The position numbers and the translations under genes are program-made. This document shows positions 58,455 through 64,000 of a stretch of 64,000 bases of DNA, piece after piece (position 1 is the stretch's first letter; every line of letters starts with the position of its first letter). Below the pieces are notes generated by a model. The model was not told the DNA's origin. It did no database searches and worked only from the letters and a program-made list of their open reading frames with translations. Origin of the DNA: a virus. The stretch is taken from positions 1 through 64,000 of the IMG/VR virus record IMGVR_UViG_3300040801_004532. One strand, given 5' to 3'.

Positions 58455-59093
58455 GTGATACCAAGTGTCTTTTTCAAAGATTTCGAACAAGCTATAGATT
58501 CAATTATCAAAAAGAAAAACCAACGAAAAGTTACAGAAGAAATTATTGAAAAATTAAAAAGCCACGGATTCCCCCCATCATTGAATAAGGGAATTATAGT
58601 TGATGGACTTTCAAAAATTATTAATGAAGAACTTCCTTTCGATTCTTCTCGAGTTTTAACAGAAATGATTACATTTTCAAAAGCTGTACCCATTAAATTG
58701 ACAAACCATCAGAGATCAAATTTAAAAAAGATTATGGAGTGTATTCTTGAAACTCCAACAGACACAAGTTGCAACCATGACTCATTGGTAATTTCAATAT
58801 CAATTCATGGAGGCGGCTTTACACCAGTAATTAGATTGCCCGAAGTGATCTGTTTATATTGTGGTTTAAATGTCACTCTTTATTCAAAAGAAACAGAAAA
58901 ATATGGTATTGAAATCTCCGATAAAAAAATGAAAGAATTATTCAAATGGGCTATGGAAAACAGAGGTAAATTTGCAGAAGATTTTGTAAAAGATCCGATT
59001 GGATCATATAATAGCTGTGAATCAAAATGGGAGGGAGATATTCCTTTTAGAATAACAAATATGAAAGCATTCGAATCGCGTAGTGGTCAATAA
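58455..59093 (+). CDS. hypothetical protein
   Basis: 212 aa. Confidence 0.4.
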   Translation: MIPSVFFKDFEQAIDSIIKKKNQRKVTEEIIEKLKSHGFPPSLNKGIIVDGLSKIINEELPFDSSRVLTEMITFSKAVPIKLTNHQRSNLKKIMECILETPTDTSCNHDSLVISISIHGGGFTPVIRLPEVICLYCGLNVTLYSKETEKYGIEISDKKMKELFKWAMENRGKFAEDFVKDPIGSYNSCESKWEGDIPFRITNMKAFESRSGQ

Positions 59094-59134
59094 CCAACAA
59101 CTTTCAAGAGTCAAGACTAAGGAGAAAGAACAAA

Positions 59135-59680
59135 ATGGAAATGACAATAACGGAAGGTTTGAAAAGACTGAAACTCCTTGAAAAAAGGATGGCCAGAAAC
59201 TGTGGGGAAATCGAAAGATATTCCTCAATTCTATCAAATGAAAAACCTGCTTTCGATACAGAAGAAAAGCAGAAGCAAGAAGTGAAAAGTCTTATCCAGG
59301 CAAATATGGACCTGGTACAAGAATATGAAAAACTCAAAGCATCAATCGACTATACCAATCTTGTTATCAAGGTTAAGATTGGTGATCAAACCAGGACAAT
59401 CCATGGGTGGTTGACCATTCTGAGAAAGACTGGTCAGTTGCTCATTCAAACCTACAATTCCTTGAGCACGAGGGATGCAACATCAAGACAGCCCCGTTAT
59501 CGGGACCAGAACACAGGACAAAGCCCAACAGTTGTTCGTCTCTATGATGAAAATCAAAAACGGGATGGCCAAAGACTTTGGGAAGACCTTACCAAAGGAA
59601 AAGAGGTTGAAGGTCGTCTTGAAGTTATCAACGCAACAACCCAACTGCTGGATCCGCCCGAACCAGTTGAAAGGAGTTAA
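59135..59680 (+). CDS. hypothetical protein (GC-richer)
   Basis: 181 aa. Confidence 0.4.
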   Translation: MEMTITEGLKRLKLLEKRMARNCGEIERYSSILSNEKPAFDTEEKQKQEVKSLIQANMDLVQEYEKLKASIDYTNLVIKVKIGDQTRTIHGWLTILRKTGQLLIQTYNSLSTRDATSRQPRYRDQNTGQSPTVVRLYDENQKRDGQRLWEDLTKGKEVEGRLEVINATTQLLDPPEPVERS

Positions 59681-59684
59681 CTCT

Positions 59685-60017
59685 ATGAAGAAGTTTGGAG
59701 CATTCCTATTAGTAATTGGTTTCGTTCTGCTCCTTTGTGCTTCTGCAAGTGCTGATGGATTCTATAGGTGTGGCGGATATATGGTCAAGATTGGAGATCT
59801 GAAGTTTCAGGTCCTTCAAAAATGTGGACCGCCAGAAATGAGAGAGTTTGTCGGAAACTCGGCAGAAAGACAAACATATAGAAGGGGCAGAACAAGAAGT
59901 TATAATTACGACATGCCGGTCGAACAATGGATATATGGACCTGACCGTGATCTATGGCATGTTATCACCTTTAAAGGTGGTAAAGTATATAATATCGAAA
60001 GTATCATTCAACGATAA
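59685..60017 (+). CDS. small secreted protein (signal peptide)
   Basis: MKKFGAFLLVIGFVLLLCASASADG. aaggag RBS. Confidence 0.4.
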   Translation: MKKFGAFLLVIGFVLLLCASASADGFYRCGGYMVKIGDLKFQVLQKCGPPEMREFVGNSAERQTYRRGRTRSYNYDMPVEQWIYGPDRDLWHVITFKGGKVYNIESIIQR

Positions 60018-60204
60018 AGTTTGGGTTCGCTGGTCCTCACTGCTGCTTTTGTGCGGTGGGTTGGTATTAAGACCAGAGGGCTACGAGAAGCGGACCCAAT
60101 ACTTCTTTTGGATTCTGTAGTGTAAACAAGTGAAACCGGGGAGCCCTTTCATATTGGGATAAATATGAGACTACAATGGATATAGGTTGATTACCTATAA
60201 AACT

Positions 60205-60310
60205 ATTTCAAGTTTCAAGTATAAATTCTCAAGTCTCACTCGTGACCGCGGCGAGGGTAAATAACCATTTGCGGGTTTCAAGTTTAAAGGGGTAAAGAAT
60301 CAAGTTTAGG
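60205..60310. repeat. Five direct copies of the octamer TCAAGTYT in a non-coding region
   Basis: tttcaagtttcaagt…ctcaagtctc…tttcaagtttaaa…atcaagtttagg. Confidence 0.4.
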
Positions 60311-60408
60311 GCTTGGAATGATTCCATGCGAGAAAAACCCAGGTTTGGTGGTGCATCTCTCCAGCAACATTGCCACTACTGGCTGCTACACGGATCCAAT
60401 CAATTTAA

Positions 60409-60493
60409 TGCGGCGTAGAGAAGCGGTCAATCTCAGAGGGCTCATATCCCTCCGGCGTAAGCCTCACGGGTTCGAATCCCGTCGCCGCTACCA
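60409..60493 (+). tRNA. Unusual type-II (long variable arm) tRNA with a CAT anticodon
   Basis: Acceptor tgcggcg/cgccgct (U1·U72 mismatch), D-stem gaga/tctc, anticodon stem gaggg/ccctc with loop ctcatat, 13-nt variable arm, canonical T-arm acggg-ttcgaat-cccgt, A73, CCA encoded. Confidence 0.4.
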
Positions 60494-60497
60494 AAAT

Positions 60498-60575
60498 GGG
60501 GGCTTGGATTAATGCTTGATCGCCCTGACTCAAGAAGCAGGGAGGAGTAGAGTAGCGACCTACTAGCCCCCACCA
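60498..60575 (+). ncRNA. tRNA-like element (acceptor stem plus ACCA, non-canonical interior)
   Basis: gggggct…agccccc-a-cca. Internal hairpins ccctg/caggg and gtag/ctac. No TΨC-type loop. Confidence 0.2.
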
Positions 60576-60592
60576 TTAAAAAAGGAATAACC

Positions 60593-61168
60593 ATGATAAA
60601 AGAAGATACAACGAATGAAGAACTAGAGAAGGAAAAACAAAAATTAGAAAAAGACCTTGAGTCTTTAAGAAAAAATTATAAAACATTAATGACCAAATTG
60701 ACAAAAACAACTAATCGAATAAGTGAAATCGACAGCGAATTGGATAAAAGAAATTTAAAAGGAAATGATATTGAAAAATTATTAGAAACATTTCCTGAAA
60801 CCGAGACAAAAGAAAAATTGCTGCGCGATCTATTGAGCAAGTTTGATCTTTCAGCAGAAGGATATTTTCCCGATACTGGTCAAAGATGTATCCAAATTTC
60901 CTTGGAAAAGGACAGTAAAGAATCTCTCCAAAAAACATATTATGGTCTTAAATTACTTTTACCATATCTCAAACCAGTAAAAGATGGTAATATCTATGTA
61001 GATATTTTTGAAAGCACTTTATCAAGATTTGGAATCTATACTCTTATTATCAAAAAAGAGAAATTTGAAGTTGAGAAAACAACATGTGGACATCCCGAAA
61101 CAATCTACTCAAATAAAGATTTGAAAAAAGTTTTAGAATATATTCAAAAACATCATTATTACGAATAA
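60593..61168 (+). CDS. hypothetical coiled-coil protein
   Basis: 191 aa. Confidence 0.4.
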   Translation: MIKEDTTNEELEKEKQKLEKDLESLRKNYKTLMTKLTKTTNRISEIDSELDKRNLKGNDIEKLLETFPETETKEKLLRDLLSKFDLSAEGYFPDTGQRCIQISLEKDSKESLQKTYYGLKLLLPYLKPVKDGNIYVDIFESTLSRFGIYTLIIKKEKFEVEKTTCGHPETIYSNKDLKKVLEYIQKHHYYE

Positions 61169-61179
61169 GGAGATAAAAA

Positions 61180-61548
61180 GTGACAAGTTTTAGAGCAATG
61201 AAGGTTTTTGATTTTAAAGATGGGAATTTTTATAGAATCGCGTGTGCATGTGGAAGCTCTGATTGCGATTTAACACTTGAGTTAGAATATGATCCTCAGA
61301 TCAATCATGTTTATTTAAACATGTATAAAACCCTTAGATGGTCTTCATATTATAATGATGGAGATAAATGGTATAAAAATATTTGGTATCGTTTTAAAGC
61401 AGCTTTCAAATGTCTTTTCTTTGGTTATGTAGAAGTTGAAGAATCCTTTATTATAAGTGGTTCAGAACATATGAATGAATATATTAAGGTCCTTCAAGCA
61501 TGCCAAAAACATGTTGATAAAAGAGAAAAAGAAAGTCTGAACAAATGA
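61180..61548 (+). CDS. hypothetical protein
   Basis: 122 aa. Confidence 0.35.
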   Translation: MTSFRAMKVFDFKDGNFYRIACACGSSDCDLTLELEYDPQINHVYLNMYKTLRWSSYYNDGDKWYKNIWYRFKAAFKCLFFGYVEVEESFIISGSEHMNEYIKVLQACQKHVDKREKESLNK

Positions 61549-61883
61549 AAAAGGTTCATATAACAATAATTTACTTCACGCCAGAAAATGATGGGAATGT
61601 AAACTTATTAAAATTTACAAAAACAATTGAAATTGAACTCCCCGTTTTCATGTGTGGAGTATTTATAAAAAATGACGCAATTGAACAACTTGATCTAAAA
61701 GATGGTTATGTTAATTTTGATCCTTATATTAGAGAATACTTTGTTACAAATAGATGCTGTGATGGATTACCTAGGTATGGTTATTACTTTGGTCGTGACG
61801 GATATGATGACCCAAGAATAATTGATATTATCAATAAATTTGAAACTCATGGTTGGAAAACAGAACGATTGAAAAAAGGGTGA
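61545..61883 (+). CDS. hypothetical protein
   Basis: 112 aa. Confidence 0.35.
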   Translation: MKKVHITIIYFTPENDGNVNLLKFTKTIEIELPVFMCGVFIKNDAIEQLDLKDGYVNFDPYIREYFVTNRCCDGLPRYGYYFGRDGYDDPRIIDIINKFETHGWKTERLKKG

Positions 61884-61966
61884 GTTGCCCGAGTCAGGTA
61901 AGGGAGCGGTTTGCTAAACCGTCGAGTGTAAAAGCTCCACAGGTTCGAATCCTGTACTCACCGCCA
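61879..61966 (+). tRNA. tRNA-Ser (anticodon GCT), type II
   Basis: Acceptor ggtgagt/actcacc, G73, anticodon loop ttgctaa, long variable arm, T-loop ttcgaat. Confidence 0.75.
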
Positions 61967-61990
61967 ACAACTTCTAGAAAGGATTAAAAA

Positions 61991-62179
61991 ATGAATGATG
62001 GAAATTTGGCCCTTTTGATGATATTACTTCTGGCTTGGGGAATCTTTGGTTTAGCATGTAGCCTATCATGTGCTGTTTATTCGATTAAAAATTCCTCAAC
62101 AACCTGGTATAAAATTGCAGGATGGGTCGTTATTGCAAATACAGTCATTACTTTTCTAGCTGGAATACTCACACACTGA
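61991..62179 (+). CDS. small membrane protein
   Basis: 62 aa with two TM helices. Confidence 0.3.
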   Translation: MNDGNLALLMILLLAWGIFGLACSLSCAVYSIKNSSTTWYKIAGWVVIANTVITFLAGILTH

Positions 62180-62190
62180 AAGGGGTTGAG

Positions 62191-62391
62191 ATGACCGGTC
62201 GATATGTAGTAACTGGGGTCCAACTTGGTATGCTACAAGTTTTTTTTAAGGAGGGAAAATCTTCTGATGGACTAACTCTTCTTGAAAAAATTCTAGATAA
62301 ACAATTTGTTGGAAATTCATCCCGTGATATTGGGATTGACATAAAACTAATAGAACATTCGAAAACATTTACCAATGAAACTTCTACCTAA
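62191..62391 (+). CDS. hypothetical small protein
   Basis: aagggg RBS. The ORF track starts at 62122. Confidence 0.3.
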   Translation: MTGRYVVTGVQLGMLQVFFKEGKSSDGLTLLEKILDKQFVGNSSRDIGIDIKLIEHSKTFTNETST

Positions 62392-62704
62392 AGATCTTCT
62401 ATATAATCTATTAACTAAATATGGGGAAGACGAACAGCTAAGACAAGCTATGGGTGAATGTGGGGAACTAATAGCTGCTTGTCAAAATTATCATCGAGCA
62501 CAAACATACGGGCATCGAACAGAAACTCTTTCTGTTGTAATAGAGGAAGCAGTTGATGTTTTTTTCATGACTCAACAAATTCGGATTTTAAACCCGGAGT
62601 ATTTTGATGAACTTTGTGATAAAAAGCTTAAAAAAGTTTTGGCAAAATTTAAGAATGAAGTTCCTATTAAGACAAAAACCGATATACATAGTAACAACAA
62701 TTAG
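62375..62704 (+). CDS. MazG-like nucleotide pyrophosphohydrolase (putative)
   Basis: MGECGELIAA…VIEEAVDVFFMT, matching the EE..EL / EE.GDV pattern. Confidence 0.4.
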   Translation: MKLLPKDLLYNLLTKYGEDEQLRQAMGECGELIAACQNYHRAQTYGHRTETLSVVIEEAVDVFFMTQQIRILNPEYFDELCDKKLKKVLAKFKNEVPIKTKTDIHSNNN

Positions 62705-62729
62705 AATATCAAAACCTGAATCTAGGTGC

Positions 62730-62969
62730 ATGAGTTTCTATTATAGTTTAAAGAAAGCAAAAAGAGTAGTTGAATCAAATCAAGGTGACATAAATGAGAA
62801 TGGGCATTATTCATATTGTGTGATTGAAGAAACACTGCCAGGAATGTATTCATATCTCTTAAAAACCAGAAAAGAATGGTGGTTTCGTTTCAACCATGAC
62901 ATAAATAAATATGTGCCATGTGAAAAACCAGAGGAAAAAAGAAACACCATCGCCTTTGGAATGGGATAA
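62730..62969 (+). CDS. hypothetical protein (start uncertain; the ORF track starts at 62604)
   Basis: MSFYYSLKKAKRV…. Confidence 0.25.
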   Translation: MSFYYSLKKAKRVVESNQGDINENGHYSYCVIEETLPGMYSYLLKTRKEWWFRFNHDINKYVPCEKPEEKRNTIAFGMG

Positions 62970-62996
62970 TGAAACAAGATTAAAGAAAGGTATAAA

Positions 62997-63359
62997 ATGA
63001 AATACGAGGAATGTCCTAATTGCGAAAGTTCATATCTTGGAGATATATGGCAGAAAGAAAGAAAGTTACAACAAATCTGTCATGATTGCGGGTGGAAAGG
63101 CGAGGTTAGAACACCGGAGAAAAAACGAATCAACTATACAAAATCGGTTCGGGTGGGCCAATTCTATGGCTACCATTATGAAATTTTTGATAAGTATGGA
63201 CACACGGCAGTAATATCCAGGTATTATGATTCATGGGAGTCTGCGGATGCTGCAATAAAAAAAGAAATTGAAAACGGGAAAACCAACGTCCACGCTGGTC
63301 CCTATACTGGCATCCTATGGCCCCCAACTGTAACGGTAAAAGGAACTCGTTATAAATAA
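62997..63359 (+). CDS. zinc-ribbon protein
   Basis: CPNCESS…CHDCGW. Confidence 0.35.
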   Translation: MKYEECPNCESSYLGDIWQKERKLQQICHDCGWKGEVRTPEKKRINYTKSVRVGQFYGYHYEIFDKYGHTAVISRYYDSWESADAAIKKEIENGKTNVHAGPYTGILWPPTVTVKGTRYK

Positions 63360-63366
63360 GATCTAC

Positions 63367-63455
63367 GGAGGGGTGGTCAAGTATGGCGTGACAGCGGTCT
63401 TGAAAACCGTCGGGTGTAAAAAGCCTTGCAGGTTCGAATCCTGTCCCCTCCGCCA
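63367..63455 (+). tRNA. tRNA-Ser (anticodon TGA), type II
   Basis: Acceptor ggagggg/cccctcc, G73, anticodon loop cttgaaa, long variable arm, T-loop ttcgaat. Confidence 0.75.
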
Positions 63456-63474
63456 TTAAAAAGAAAGGTTCAAA

Positions 63475-63804
63475 ATGGAACTTCAAATTATACTAGCAAT
63501 TATATGGCTTCATTTCATAGCAGATTTTCTATTACAAACTGATTACATGGCTTTAAATAAGTGTAAAAGCATTTCTGCTCTATCTTTTCATTGTATTGTA
63601 TATTCAATTCCATTTTTAGCATTTGGCCCAGAATACGCTTTGTTAGCTGGAATGTTTCATTTTCCAGTTGATTTTGTAACATCAAAAATAACAGCAAAAT
63701 TATATGAACAACAACGAATAGGTTTATTTTTCAAAGTAATTGGTTTAGATCAAGCAATACACATGACCGTTTTAGTTTTAACTTTTGAGTACTTTTTCTC
63801 ATAG
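63475..63804 (+). CDS. hypothetical membrane protein
   Basis: 109 aa, multi-TM. Confidence 0.35.
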   Translation: MELQIILAIIWLHFIADFLLQTDYMALNKCKSISALSFHCIVYSIPFLAFGPEYALLAGMFHFPVDFVTSKITAKLYEQQRIGLFFKVIGLDQAIHMTVLVLTFEYFFS

Positions 63805-63817
63805 AAAGGACCCCTCA

Positions 63818-63952
63818 ATGAAGTGTGTAAAAAAGCATGGAGAGATCAAACGAGTAAATGATAATCTAGCAAAGCAGCTTGTTGAAGAGCATAATTGGTC
63901 TTATTGCCCAAAATCAGAATGGAAAGAAAAAATTAGAAATAAAAAGAACTGA
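63818..63952 (+). CDS. small hypothetical protein
   Basis: 44 aa, aaagga RBS. Confidence 0.2.
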   Translation: MKCVKKHGEIKRVNDNLAKQLVEEHNWSYCPKSEWKEKIRNKKN

Positions 63953-64000
63953 TAGGAAAAACTAATGGGTATAAGAATAATGATATACTGGGAATTTATG

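Noticed and set aside
60018-60493. tmRNA hypothesis for the T-arm/ACCA at 60466-60493
   Set aside because: A complete D-arm and anticodon arm lie immediately upstream. The 5' acceptor strand is only ~75 nt away, so it folds as a tRNA. The 3-70 pair is C-G, not the G·U alanine identity.
1-64000. CRISPR arrays, integrase/transposase or IS elements
   Set aside because: No regularly spaced direct repeats with unique spacers. No tyrosine/serine recombinase or DDE transposase signatures were seen in any ORF.

Overview
This 64 kb window looks like part of a large, AT-rich (about 33% GC) tailed-phage genome of the T4-like myovirus type. This assignment rests on a T4-like order in the head module, a family B DNA polymerase, a DnaB/gp41-type helicase, a GroES-like gene and a 12-tRNA cluster. 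The window contains the following modules, from left to right. (1) 1-14.5 kb, minus strand: a tail-fibre/baseplate locus built from paralogous modules. These include collagen-like Gly-X-Y fibres, Cys-rich receptor-binding-like C-terminal domains, and a roughly 30-aa motif '..SINEFSTDGTL.GNSD.AVPTE.AVKTYVD' reused in 4 genes, including a 1272-aa giant fibre. (2) 15.9-23 kb, plus strand: a markedly GC-richer island. It encodes a NADAR domain protein, a calcineurin-like phosphoesterase, a flotillin-like membrane protein of the SPFH/band-7 family, an RNase H, a PncA-type nicotinamidase and a vWA/MIDAS protein. I read this as a candidate acquired NAD/ADP-ribose counter-defence module. (3) 23.8-26.8 kb: an adjacent PP2C-like phosphatase and an atypical protein-kinase-like gene. 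(4) 28.6-37 kb, minus strand: a head morphogenesis module with a candidate major capsid protein, scaffold-like and acidic proteins, and a portal candidate, plus two paralogous zinc-finger/DUF559 nucleases nearby. (5) 39-49 kb, minus strand: replication and DNA-modification genes. These are a DnaB-like helicase, a DpdA/TGT-like transglycosylase and QueE (7-deazaguanine pathway), a ThyA-family enzyme, a family-B DNA polymerase with an N-terminal UDG-like domain, an HslV-like peptidase, a GroES homologue and a phage-encoded ribosomal protein S21. (6) 50.9-52.8 kb: a GT-B glycosyltransferase and an LmbE-like deacetylase. (7) 52.9-53.3 kb: a GC-rich non-coding island that may be a structured RNA. 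(8) 53.8-63.5 kb: a cluster of 11 canonical tRNAs, one unusual type-II tRNA with a CAU anticodon and one tRNA-like element. These are interleaved with an HNH endonuclease, paralogous small Cys-rich membrane proteins, a MazG-like gene and a region of 'TCAAGTYT' repeats. Two recurrent intergenic motifs look like phage promoter or regulatory elements. They are TTTAGAACAAAAA in gene orientation upstream of many genes, and CATCTATATATATTAATAA in three copies. The S21 gene, the rare SD sequences upstream of AT-rich genes and a TTTG...TAnnTTTG-like element hint at a Bacteroidetes-type host. All functional calls come from motif recognition by eye. No database searches were run.
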